DNA of 64,000 nucleotides from Owenia fusiformis (Eukaryota): NCBI GenBank assembly GCA_903813345.2, contig CAIIXF020000001.1, positions 28,644,001 to 28,708,000 of the forward strand, read 5' to 3'. Shown piece by piece: positions 27,787 to 41,400 of this stretch (position 1 is its first letter; each line of letters starts with the position of its first letter). The notes under the pieces were generated by a model. It saw only the letters and a program-made list of their open reading frames with translations, ran no database searches and was not told where the DNA came from. The position numbers and the translations under genes were made by a program.

Positions 27787-28402
27787 CAGGATGGTCCAAA
27801 AAACGTTCATGTTTTTATTTAGGTTGAATTTTAATTATGCATTTTTATTATACATATTTAAGGCTTTAAGCCATGGGGTGCATTGTGGAGACTGATATCA
27901 TTTATCCAAGGTGTTGTTTCAAACTTTGCTGAGTTTAGGAAACAACCCCTGATGTGAATGAATCAGCTACAATGCATTTTTCTTGGTCTGAAATTCTTTT
28001 CATACATTGCAAAGCATTTTTTACGAAATCACCTAAAAGATACGAAATCACAAAAGAACGTATTTCAATGAAACGTTTTGGAAATTGCCAAAGTATCAAT
28101 TTCAATCTGTAGAGTCAAGTTGTCACCTTGACAATTCTTCAACAAATGACCTTGAGTGCTTTTTTGTATATAATGCAGTGCAGTTATGTGATACTGTGTT
28201 TCGGATTGGCTGGAATCGGACACACCTTGCCTAACTTTGTGCGAATCAAAAACAGTTTTAAATTAATGAAGATACAAAATCACTTTTATTCCTAAAATGG
28301 GATCAAAAAGTATTCAGTTTTTTTAATAATGAGAAAAGTTAACTGACACAAGGGGTCTAAATGAAAATATATAGCTGTAAGGATAATTTTTAGCCCACCC
28401 TG
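27787..28402. mobile_element. Old Tc1/mariner-type MITE containing a dispersed repeat also seen at ~8705-8810
   Basis: TA|caggatggtccaaaaaa ... tttttagcccaccctg|TA. Confidence 0.5.
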
Positions 28403-31065
28403 TACTTTAAAAAGATCGAATAATATACAAAGGCTGTTATTTTGCAGCACCAGGGTCCAAATTTAGGTCACTACGTCCTACTTTCATTGATTTCAATTCA
28501 ATTTAATTTTAACATATTATGTACATCTCTTATAGGAAAGTGTTTTGGTGTGGAAACTGTCTTTGGTCAATATTTTTAAACGTCTATTCATTCAATAGCT
28601 GCACACCCTACCTTGGACTATAAATTCATCGCCACTCTTGGTAATTGATCACTGTTTTCCCAAATTATGCCAATTGGATTATCAAATAATTCTGATAAAC
28701 TGTATTCGTTACAAGGAAGTGTGCACTAATTAATACTCTCCTTTGTCAAGTCCGAAAATGACCACATATTTGACCATAGTTGATCTAAATTAACCAAATT
28801 AAAATAGCTCCCTGTGGAAAGGCTCGTGGTGGTGTAGGATTGCAAATATAGTCTATTAGACAAAATCCGTTTTTGATATTCTTTCCTAAATCAGTAGATT
28901 GGATACTGCTGTCAAAGAAGAAATTTTGAAAATCGCTTTTGGAGAGTTAACTAAAGATAAAATAAAAAGAAAAAATAATTTTCACGTAGACAATTTGCTT
29001 TATTTGACAAAAATTGATAGGGTTTTTGGAAACAACACGTTTATAGGTCTTCCTCAAAATTATCTCGAGAAACATAAAACCGGAGAAATCCACTAAAAAT
29101 TACAAGTTCAGATTCTGTGACTTTTTTATTCACAAATCCAATCTTAAAGCCTGATTAATATTAAATATTGTAGTTTTCAATACGAAAATAAACTTTTGTA
29201 AATACTGTGTACAAAGGTATGTCAATGTCTAATTTGACCTTAAACCACAATATCCTATGACATAAAAATGACCTTTTAGGACGAGTCGTCAATATGTTTC
29301 TGTTGAATCTAACACACCTGAAATTAGTAGGAGGATTGAACCTGCTAAACATGGAATAAGGGAAATGGTTGAAATAAGGGATTTCTACTCAATATGTTAT
29401 TGTCTCAAAAAGTATCGTAAATAGATAAATTTTATGAAGTTATCAGAATTGACACTCATCTTAAATGAAATTGGGATTGGTTGCGTTAAATTGAATTATA
29501 TCATTCCAATAAAGAAATTGTTAAGTTCTTGGAAAACCAAACTGAGAGGGCACGCGCATAGTAATCCCCGGGGGTCATAGCACACGTTTGCGTTCTCTTA
29601 AAAACGATGTAAAAACGCAATTGTTCAACATCTGAAAAATACAATTAAACCATAGTGCAAAGAATGCCTTCCTAAAACCATGTTATTACTTTAATGTCGG
29701 CATAGTGTCGCAGAATGCAATATTAAAGAGAAGACTAAGAGCACCAGGTTGCATTTCCCTCAAACATTATGAGAGATTACAACCCTCTGTCAGTTCATTT
29801 TTAGATTGATAGTTTGAATATAGAAAGATGTGATGAATATCAGAATGTACCTAAACACTCCATTAACCTTTCTATCAAGAGAGCAAGGCACACGTGTTCA
29901 ACAATACCCCGATCGACATAGCTGGTGATTGTTAGCATCAAATTCTTTTACAATAAAATAATGAAATCAAACTAATTGTGCTTGTATATTGACATCTATG
30001 TGATTCAATAGTTTTTTCGATCAGCTGAAAATCATTGTCAAATTAACACAAGAGTCGGAATCTTAAGATTGGTGTGTTTAATGTAGAAATATCAAGGGGT
30101 ATCAAAATTGTCCCTTCAAGTCAGACGTGTTATTAATTAATATCTTGAAGCAAGTGGAATTTGATGTTCATCGTTAGATTATCAATCAGTGCTTTCAATT
30201 TCTATTCCAATAATGTACGTAACGGGGACTATATTAGTAAGTTACAATTAAAGTAGTAACAGCAGTATACAATCTTTGTAGCTCAACAATGTGTCCATTA
30301 TACTATTTGAAAACTATGCGGATGATGTACGTATGAATATGAACGTTGTTAGAGATAGGCACAATCATGTTTATCAAAATAGAAAGGAAGATACACTTTT
30401 AAACGTGTACGTGAACGCGTATAATTATGCTCCTCTGTGGATTAGTTTGTATTGTTTACTTGACCGATTGAGTATAAAGGTATACGGAAAAGGATTGTAA
30501 TTATAGGTCCCTTGGAAAGTGAATTGAGAGCGGGATTGAGAGCGAGACAATAATCCCCGGGGGTCGAAATATAACACGTTCACGTACACACGGGTGTTAA
30601 GCCACGATGATACCATGAGCACATGCCTTGAGGATCCGCGTTGTTTGAACCTACCGCCGAGCTCACTTATACATCAAGACCCGTTACACAGTCATGATAC
30701 CGCCGAGCAAGCTCATTGTATCATCGGGTCTGCTTTACCCCCGTGGTACAGGTTCTCTTAAAAACGTTTTACTTAATTTCCCTATTGTTAACTAGATAGG
30801 ACTACAGCTGTCAGCAAACAGACCTAGATAGCATTTGCTACACCTTTAATATGTCTGTTGCCCTCACACCTTGTATGTGGCCTGACTGAATGTAGGGTAA
30901 TTTGGATTTAATCTGAATTTGTCATAAATGAGAGAGGTTGGAAAACGAGAACCAAATATGTTTTCATCGTCACAACTGCCACACCGAATCAATACCATGG
31001 ACATGAATACTATAATGTAAAATGCATGCGCCCTTTTAAAATAATAATGCAATATTTTCCTCCAG

Positions 31066-31380
31066 ATGACTATGGTACAGATGTGCATCGTTTTGATCTC
31101 CATCATGCTATGTGTGAACACAGTCTGCTGCTTCCCTTACGACGAAGAGCGGGACATGCACGCAATTTGGTCTCAAAAGCGAACCCCGATGTCCCTCAAC
31201 CAAGACCTAAACGTGGTTGCCAGAATTTTGGACATTGAATCCCAAAGAAAAATTTTGAGGAGATTGAAAGACAGACAAAAATCCTTGCAACGATTGGGAA
31301 AAAGAACCGAGCCAAAATCCGAGCAAGAGAATTTTGAGGAACTTGTTCAAGAATTACGGGAAATCCTAGGCTATGCATAG
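31066..31380 (+). CDS. ELH: Egg-laying hormone / DH44 / CRH-family neuropeptide precursor
   Basis: Signal peptide (~aa 1-22); KR-TPMSLNQDLNVVARILDIESQRKILRRLKDRQKSLQRL-GKR matches the ELH motif S[IL]NQDL with an amidation signal; acidic C-terminal peptide; splice acceptor immediately before the ATG; AATAAA at ~32047. Confidence 0.9.
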   Translation: MTMVQMCIVLISIMLCVNTVCCFPYDEERDMHAIWSQKRTPMSLNQDLNVVARILDIESQRKILRRLKDRQKSLQRLGKRTEPKSEQENFEELVQELREILGYA

Positions 31381-32482
31381 ATTACCGCGAGCTCAATAAT
31401 ACATCTACCAGGTTCCAACCCCGATATGCTTGTCAGAGGCTTGTGACGATGTACCATGGAAATATAGCGCTCGACGCCGTGAAAAGTGGCAATATGTTCC
31501 TCGTAGAATTCTAATTGTACACTAGGGATAAATATCTCAACCAAAATGTAAAAACAAACGACTACCAATCAATGAAAATAGTAAACTAAAGAATCAACAT
31601 TCAGAACGACACATCTAACATAAGTTTGAGAGGGATGAAAACGCCATGCATCATCATAAGCGGTGTGCATGTCAAACACGTAGAACTTAGAGTGGTTAGT
31701 AGTGATTCTAGGCTAAGTCTACCTCCTTCATTTCAATTCAATATTCGGTGTCTCATTCGTCTCTATTTGCGTCAACGATGATCTGTTATCAACTAGGTGA
31801 GATTAGAATGGCTTTGTCCGCACAGGAAAGCTCTTGGTCTAGGCGATTAAAACAAAAGTAATGATATTATGAACATCGTCATCTTATAATCGATTGTCAC
31901 AAGCCCACTCAAGAAACTACTCATCTTTGCCTAACTCTCTATTTTCTCTCTTACACATTTTTGCAAGTTTTTGGTAACGTGTCTAAAATTGATTTCCTAT
32001 CTTATCTTGTATTTACTATTTTGTATACTTGTGTAAATTAAAGCGAAATAAAATCTGAAATCATGATCTGGTATATATAAATTTATTGTTTATTTATAAA
32101 TGTATAGATGTTACATGATGTTCTATTCAATATCGCCCTTATCACCCTCGGATTGTTTACAAATGTATATTAACATTACCATATTTATTTAGAAAACAAT
32201 TTTTTCAATTAAATAACTTATTTGTTCTTGGAATTCCATTAGTGTACTACTATACAGTTATAGATATACTTTGCATATAATTTTAATCTGAGATCAACAC
32301 AGTATAGTTGTATACTAGAACTTCGCTTGATTTCTGGAAAAGCTGCCAACATTAATTGACTTTGCCAATTTTATATTTATTTTAATTGTTCAATGTATTG
32401 TTCTTAGCTTCAACGGTCGGAATAGCAGTCGTCTCCATTTTGTTGTAGTTATTGTAGTTATTATATTGTTATTATGGATAGT

Positions 32483-35400
32483 TTATTCCTTAGTTGGAAC
32501 CTCGTACAATCCACACACCATGTTGGCTGGTAGGCTCACATCTAAAACAAAACACCGATGTTTTATAAATAATTGTCCCCGTGGATCTTGTCTCCCTTCA
32601 TTAGACCATGATTGGGTATTAACTGATCGCTAGGGAAAATAGTAAGTGTTAAGGTTCTTAGGTATAAAATTGATAGTGAAAACACTGAAAGAATTGCATT
32701 GATAGAACCGTCTTTTCTACATACACACCCTCCCCTTCATAAGTTTGGATAATTTTTCCATTGGACTTTGTGTGAAAGACCGTATCTGCGTTTTTAATTG
32801 AAACATCTAAAAATGTTGCTGTAAAATACAAGACAATATGACATTTTCAGGTGACAGGCACCAGAATCGATAACAAAGACAAGACTTAACTTTGTAGTTT
32901 TGGACATTTTAGAACAATAAAAAGTGTAGCATTTTGCGAAGTGTCAATTGTTCCAGATATATGAGCAATTGTGTATTTTGCCAAGGACGGCCTTGATTTT
33001 GCATAAGGATACATGGACACGCGGTCCTAACTTCGACCGTTAATTTGAATTTTTGACCTACCGGATGTTTGAAAATCAAGGATTACGAGTCTCATACTGC
33101 ACCGTTTTTCTTCAAACTTGTTCCATTCAAAGCATAACACAAATCCCTTTCTGATGGTACATTATTCTCTTCAACAGAGTCCCTACTTCCAGCGGCATTT
33201 TGGTCCCCAGCTGTAAGAAGGCCTTCTAACAGCTGGGGACCAAAACGCTGCTAGAACGAGGGACTCTTTACAATAAAGTAATGCACCGACAGAAAGGCAA
33301 TTTTGTTTTGCTTTTAATGGTATAAGTTTTAAGAAAAACGGTGCAGTATGAGACTCGCAATCCCTGATTTTCAAGCACCTGGTAGGTCAAAAATTCAAAT
33401 TAACGGTCGAAGTTAGGACCGCGTGATGAAGTAAACGGCAGATCGAGGCAAATTATTGACAACTATCGACAACTATGGTACGTGGAATGTCAGTCACGGA
33501 TATCGGTACAAACCCTTATTGCTTCTACGCAACTGTTAGGGTCCTTACCCAGATAAAACATACCAATAGCTTTCAATCAACAAGGAAATAGTTTTAACAT
33601 TATTATAAAGTCCACTTTAATTAGTACTCGGTAAAAGTCATTGCAGTACGCTAAGAACATGTAAATAAAACTTTTGAGTTACCTATCTTTTTAGGGTAGG
33701 GTAACCCAAGATTATCCATAATTTTGACGAATTCATCTACTTCTTTCGTGAGTCTTGGATTAAACCTTTTCTCTTCTCCTACAGTGGTGACAGTTCGACC
33801 TTAACATGTACAAATTCAAAATTTACTTTGACTGTTTTGAACAGACATGGCATCATAAGCAACTCCGGACTAAACTACGTCGTTCAATGAGCTCGCTAAA
33901 AAATGCTCTTTTCAAAGGTTTTTAATATTTTTTCATGAAATTTTCACATAACATCCCAAAAATATCTGTAGTTATTGATTCGTAAACTATCAACATATCT
34001 AACATCTCCACACACACACTAGTACACGTATGATAAAACTTTGGGAGGGAGCGGGTGACATTCTCAATCCAATGACGTGTCGCAAAAAGGTGGCGCATTT
34101 GTTTTTTAAGGGTATCGCGTGAATGTAACTTTGATTTCCTGGATTATAAGATAATATTCTAATTAAAGTTATATATCATTTTAAAGCTGCTTCGATGAAG
34201 TTTTTAGATCAACTACACTCCGTTTACGATTCTTGCGCGTTCTTTTTAAAAAAAGAGTTTTTGACTATAATACATATTTTTCGTCTTGATAAAGGTAGAT
34301 GGAAGTTTTATTTCAAAGGATGAATTTTAATAAGCGTCCCATATTGTGACGTCATAGAGTTTGAAAAATAGAATCTGTTGACAGCGAGCTTTTTTGCTCA
34401 TTTTTTTGTTACGTTCAACTTTTCAGGTGTACATTAAACAAAAAATACGAGACCAATCTTTAATAAATCATACATGATTATTTTGCTCCTAAACTCTAGT
34501 TTATTAATAAATAGTTGATTTTGTTCGCAAAAGTATGTGTTTTCTGTTGTATGTGGAAAAGTGGAGGACGAAAAGTTTTCAAAATTCATTAAAATATGGC
34601 TAATTTACGCCATTCGCCTATTTTCAAGCACAGCAACACGTATATTTATTTCACCTAAAATATCAATTGATTCGTGTTTTATGATGCTCCTATCCCATTG
34701 TTAATACATATACGATATCAGAGTTATTCGCCTTAAATATTTTGAGATATAAAGGCAAATGTGGAGGACAAAAGGATTTCCATATGTGTACATTTTTCTC
34801 AAAAAACGTCACATTCTGTGGTGTTAAAAAGCGAAAATGTGTAACAATGCGTGCGCGATCTTTTTGCGACGTGTCAATGTTAATGAAGAATTAGCAACAT
34901 GAAATCTTTTACTGACTTGACAATTATACCTTTATAATCATGAGCAGGATAGAGTTTTGTATCATCAGGTAAGGATAGGATGTTATCCCATACTGATTTG
35001 TACAACGTTGCAGCACTTCCTTAAAAGGAAAATACATTAGTTTTAGTAGGATGGTTGTTATTAATTCTGACCTTATCAAGCATTGGTAACAAACATTGAT
35101 AATTAAAAAGACAAAACCTTAGAGCTCCTTAGGAAATAAGATAATTAAGTCTTATTCAGGCTATTCTGAGTTGTAACACTACGCACCTTCTTGGAAGTCT
35201 GTTCTTCCACAACCACGTATTAACAAGGCATCTCCGGTAAATACCATTCCAAGATCACGTAAAACATACGTCAAACATCCTGTCGAAAAATACAACATTT
35301 CTATCAACCACTTGTATTCGCGAATGCAACTTTCGGCTGTCGGCTACCGATCAACCTACTATTTTATGACCAAATCAATGGATATGAATGGAATAGTGGC

Positions 35401-38400
35401 AGGTACTATTTAAAGGTGTTGCCCATGAAATAGGAGTTTAACCCGGCGGCCGAAAGTTGCATTCGCAAATACAAGCTTACCGTAGTTACTTGACTCTCCT
35501 TTAACTCACATTTAGTTATATTATCATGATTATGCTCATAATAAAATGTATTTTGAAGCTATCTCTGTAATCCTCGCCCTAAATAATTTCAAAGTATTCT
35601 TAATTCGTAATGATAATGTGACTTAGGTAGCATCGACAGCTGACGGTTTAACCACGCCTTACCATCGCGTAAGCAGGCGTCACCGTACAGCGTCAAAAAA
35701 TAGCGGAGTACAGTTTTCTGTACGGTAACGCAAATTATCTGCTTTGAAGCAAAAACTATGGCAAAGGTTTTAAAAATTAATTTGATGAAAACTAATACGA
35801 TTTCATGTGAAATAAAAACAGCATTCTCTTAGAAATGGTTTTAACTTTCTGATTATGATAAACGTTTTACGAGCACTGTTCGGATTTTTTCTGAGTGAAT
35901 CGGCCCACATAATCGACCAGAGTGAAAAAAGGTTGTTTTTTCACATTTTGTTTGGTTATTATTTTCCCTACCGTCTGAGAGTATGGATTATTTTTATGAG
36001 AATATGTATTTGTTACTTACACATTTTAGAACGGGCGAAGATTCAGCAAACAACCATTCGTTATGTATTTTTAAAAAAGATCAAATTTGTACGGTGACGC
36101 ACCAGCTGCACGGTGACGCTATGCTTTGATGAACTAAATGAGACTAAGATTGTATGAAATAGAAACTCTGGAGTATGATCATTTGTTCATATATAGTGCA
36201 TGGGCGCTACAGTTCAACGATATCTTCCACAGCAAATGGAAGGTTACTGGAAATGTATGATACGGTAAAGATCATGAAACCAAAAACTCTCTTGTTGCTA
36301 TGTTATTGATGTTTTAAAACAAGGGATGTCACAAGTAAATCTCATCTTGCACGTGTGCCTTTTTGGGATGAAAGATGCAATATCTTGCATGCGGTAAAGA
36401 TGGCTGTGTAGGCTATCTTTGTTAATCATATGAGAGAAGCCTGGTTTAGTTCAAATGATACCAACGCATTACGTCAATTACGAAATTAATACTTCCTGTC
36501 CGCCATCTTAAATGCGAAGGTGACGGCTGTAACCTTCGCTTGATACTTACCAGTGATAATGTACATGTAGATTTGACGCTTCTTTACCTCTTGTTCGAAC
36601 AGTAAGCTTAGAGCACTTCATAAAATCTAAGGAAGCGTCACCGTACAGCTGATGCGTCACCGTACAGTTCTGATCTTTTTTAAATAAATACACTGAATGA
36701 TTATTTGCCGAATATTCATCTGTTCTATAATGTGTAGATAACAAATACATATTCTCATAAAAATAATCCATACTCTCAGACGACAGGGAAAATAATAACC
36801 AAACGGAAAGTGAAAAAAACACCATTTTTCTCTCGAGTCGATTATGTGGGCCGATCCAGTCAGAAAAAATCCGAGCAGTGCTCGAAAAACTTTTATCATA
36901 ATTAGAAAGTTAAAACCATTCCTAAGATAATGCTGTTTTCATTACACCCGAAATCGCATTTATTTTCATGTAATTAATCTTTTTAAATCCCTCATTATAG
37001 TTTTTGCTTCAACTCAGTTAATTTTCGTCACAGTACAGAAAACTGTACTACTGTATTTTTTGACGCTGTACGGTGACGCCTGCTTACGCGATGGTTAGGC
37101 GTGTTAACCTACTATTTTAAAACCAACTCATCTAAATCACCCTATGCAGACAGAGCCTGTGGGAAATATTGGGTGCGGAGCAAATGAGCGGAGGGTGCGG
37201 AGCTAACGGTTATTTTTGAATTTAAATTTGGGATATTTCTGAAACTAAGCCGTTTTGGGACTTCAAATATACCAAGATATGTGTATTTGACACCAAATAT
37301 CAATACAATTGTGAAAATAGTAGCGCAATTCATTCTATAGCGACGCAGTGTGCCTTAAACCTTTCCCAGACCTATATATTTTGAAATTATCCTTTTAATA
37401 CTGAGTCCCCAGCATTCATAAAAAATGGTGTTCAAGGTTCACTATCTATACAAATTATTTTTGCATCTTGGAAGCCAGGCAGTATCTGTGTGATTTTATA
37501 AAAATTCGGAAATTTTTTCAGATATGAGCCCCCTCTAAATATTGGGTGCGGAGCAGCTCCATAAACGTAGCTCCGCACCCAATATTTGAAGTCCCAAAAC
37601 GGCTTAGTTTCAGAAATATCCCAATTTTAAATTCAAAAATGGCCGTTAGCTCGGCACCCTCCGCTCATTTGCGCCGCACCCAATATTTCCCACAGGCTCT
37701 GTCTGCATAGGGTGTAAATATGAATAGAACCTGGAACCATAATACTATTTAAATGAGTTGGCCACAAAAAATAGGGTAACCCGTCAGTCAGCCGGCAGTC
37801 GAATTAGCGAATGCAACATTATACAATCAATACACTTTGACATAAACCATCTTTTTCATCATTGAAGACTGAATATAAAGTTCAAACGAAATTGAATTGA
37901 TTGTTTTCAAAAATAAAAATTGGAGTACATATGATAATGATCTTCATTTTTATTTGTCAAAATGATTAGAAAGATTGCGAAGTGACCTTTGTTTTTCATT
38001 GCAAATTGACAGAACTCCACGTTACTAACCATTCGTGTGACCAGGGGTAGCTCTCACTTCCAGTGTCTGGAAATATTTTGAAACATTTTTATTCACTGCA
38101 TGATAAATTATAAATTGTAGCAATGAACTGAATAAATGAAGCAGCTGTAAAACTGAGAACAAATTAATGGACGGATGCCAATTTACAGGGTGGTCCATAC
38201 AATTGGAACATTTGTTAATTGAACACAAAACCTTTATTTTTCCTCTAAAATGCACCAAATTTACTGAGCATAGTTCAGTCACTTATCTCTCTGAGTAGAT
38301 AGAAAACTGGGTGTGCTGGCTCGCCACGGGCCGCCACGGGCCCGGGGCTTTCAAAATCTCTGAGAGATAAAGATGAGCAGGAGATATTGATGAGCAGGAG

Positions 38401-41400
38401 ATAAATTAATTGGATGGGGATTAGGAGATAAATTAATTGGATGGGGCTTTCATCTTAAATGTGGAAAATGATAGATAAGATGCGCATGACATCATTGTTA
38501 TCTTAAATGGGTGAGAGATAAGATGCGCATGACATCATTGTTATCTTAAAAATCAAACATCAATTACTTCATCAAATAACTGAGAAAAAATTAATGTACA
38601 ATATTGTTTAATTTATTTGCATTTATTTTACAAACAAAAGTACCACATAATCTAATTAATCCTTATTATCACTAGCAGAATCATTGGTTTCATCAGATTC
38701 ATTATCACTAGATTCACTAGCTTCGTCATTGTCACTAGAGTCAGTATACGATTCATCTGAAACATTTGCATCATCATAAAGTCCTACATTAATAATGTCT
38801 TCTGTCATATAGTTGTGATGTAACATGGTCTTCTTAAAAGCATCTTCAAACGGTATGCCTGTACTCATTAATTGCTGGATGTCTACCATGATTTCTTTAT
38901 GTGTTGGACTACATTGTAAATCTAGTAAATCTTCAACTAAATATTTGTAGTATGTCTTAAACGTTTCTCTTATTTTGGGTAGGAATTTTTGATTCGCCAT
39001 ATATCTTCTATCATACTCAGAATTCCCCTTCTGTTTGTCTATATATTTTGCCTCTTGTTCTTCAATTTGATCTTTAAATTTATTAATAGCTTTATCCTTT
39101 AGCCGTATATACACAGGGTTTTCCTGAAACCCTTCAGTGCATAGCTTCTTCATTGGAGGGTCGTCTATATCCTCATTCAATGGACAGTTTTGGATATGAT
39201 TCTGTAGATCCATTCTTGATATTAACATGACGCCACAATAGTCACAATGACATATTTCTTTCATGTTGTAATTTTTGTTGTCAGAATGCATAACGTTGCT
39301 GGGGATAGTATCTTTTATACTCGCAGTGAACTTATATGGAGGTTTCATTATTGAAGTATCATACTGTGACATCTCTTTAAATGGGTTTTCAATAGCATTC
39401 AAATCATATGGTAGTGCTATGTCATTGGATTGTACTGTCTTAGTAAATGGTTCTCCCTTTAGATGACTACTATCATGCTCATTCATTGTTTGATGAGTCT
39501 TATCATAACACAGTCTTAAATGCTCTGGGGTTTCTTGCTTTAGATCAATCAGTAAATGCCCATATGGTTTTAGAGTAGCTGCATTATAAGCATCTAAGAG
39601 TTTGTGACTGTTCCCAGGATACATCTGCTGAGAAAGTACTCTTACTTGGTTTTGATCTCTTGGATTCTTGTACAATACAATGTAATGTGTATTCAAGCTG
39701 ATGGTTCGATTCTCCCTTCCATGATGGAAGATATTCTGCAGTAAACAGATTACACTCAGGTTTCTGTGATGACTCCCTTTAGTAAACAAATCAGAGATCT
39801 TCCTGTCTTTGGTAGCATCTGACATCAAGTCATCAACAATCATTAAATTACGCACTCTAGGATTTAAGAAATCTGGACTGTTTAATTCATCTGGAATTCC
39901 CATCATGAATTCTATTCCAGGATGTATGTTCTTAATCTCTATGTAAAGTGGTTGCCATTGTCCAAAACACCAGATAATACGCTGTGGAGGGGGTTGGATG
40001 CGTTGCTCTACATTTTCCAAAAGTTGCTTGACAAAGGTAGTTTTCCCACAGCCTGTGGGACCAGTGACCAACATGGTAAAGGGGTGATGCAACACTTTGT
40101 CCATACCTACATGTATGTCTTCTTTACCTAGTGCAGAGTGCATGCCTTTGTGTCTCGCTAAACTTGAAGCATGTCTAAATTCTTTACCGCAATGACAGTA
40201 ATACATGTTACTGCCTCAAAGACTGATAACAAAATGGATGCAATTCATAATTCCGTTCTGTTATGTATATGTGTTCAAAGGCATGTTCAATAATGCTAAT
40301 TTAAATGTATGCTAACAGATGCTAATGCTAATAGATGCTAATGGTAATGCTAAGTAATGCTAACAGATGCTAATGCTAATGCTAACAGATACTAATGCTA
40401 ATGCTAACACGTGCTAACATATGCTAATGCTAATAGATGCTAATGGTAATGCTAACAGATGCTAATGCTAATGCTAACAGATACTAATGCTAATGCTAAC
40501 AGATGCTAATGCTAATAGATGCTAATGGTAATGCTAAGTAATGCTAACAGATACTAACATATGCTAATGATGATGCTAACAGATGCTAATGGTAATGCTA
40601 ACAGATGCTAATGGTAATGCTAACAGATGCTAATGCTAATGCTAACAGATGCTTACATATGCTAATGATGATGCTAACAGATGCTAATGGTAATGCTAAC
40701 AGATGCTAATGCTAATGCTAACAGATGCTAACAGATACTAATGCTAACAGATGCTAACATATGCTAATGATGATGCTAACAGATGCTAATGGTAATGCTA
40801 ACAGATGCTAATGATAATGCTAACATATGCTAATGATAATGCTAACAGATGCTAATGAGGTAATGCTAACTAATGTTCATACATATTCAAACCATTTGTA
40901 AATGAACAACATTTGAAAAAAAAAACATTTGAAACTTTAGTTATTTATTTTTATTCATATCGTTCAGTATTATATACAAATAACTTTAATCGTCCATCCT
41001 TGCTGGGATACCAGGTGGTTTGTATAAGAATGTCCGTTTCTTTCTTGTATTCGAAGTGTTTTGTTTTTTCTGTTTAAATGGATGTTTCTTCTTTATATTT
41101 ACAGAGTTTTGTTGTTTCTCTTTAGATGGTCTATACTCTTCATATTTCATATCTTCATGTTGACGTTTCAATTGTGCCTTTGCTCTGTCGACAACTGCAG
41201 TCATGGGTGAAATGATTTGTACCGGTTTAGTATCTTCTTTAATGTCATCTATGCCTATCCACCCTCTTCCTGTTTGAGATACTTTCAATCTATTCTGTCT
41301 CCCAGCTCGAATAAGTTTCAACCAGTGTTCTGGGTTGTCTACATATGGTACTAGTTTCATGGTTTTTAGTTGATGTGTATATATCAAGTATGAGGATTGA

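Noticed and set aside
35855-36899. Two similar 80-aa ORFs on opposite strands
   Set aside because: They are mirror translations of the long TIRs of the piggyBac-like element.
40291-40872. TTAGCA array as an interstitial telomere
   Set aside because: Not TTAGGG/TTAGG; it is a compound repeat confined within the Polinton.
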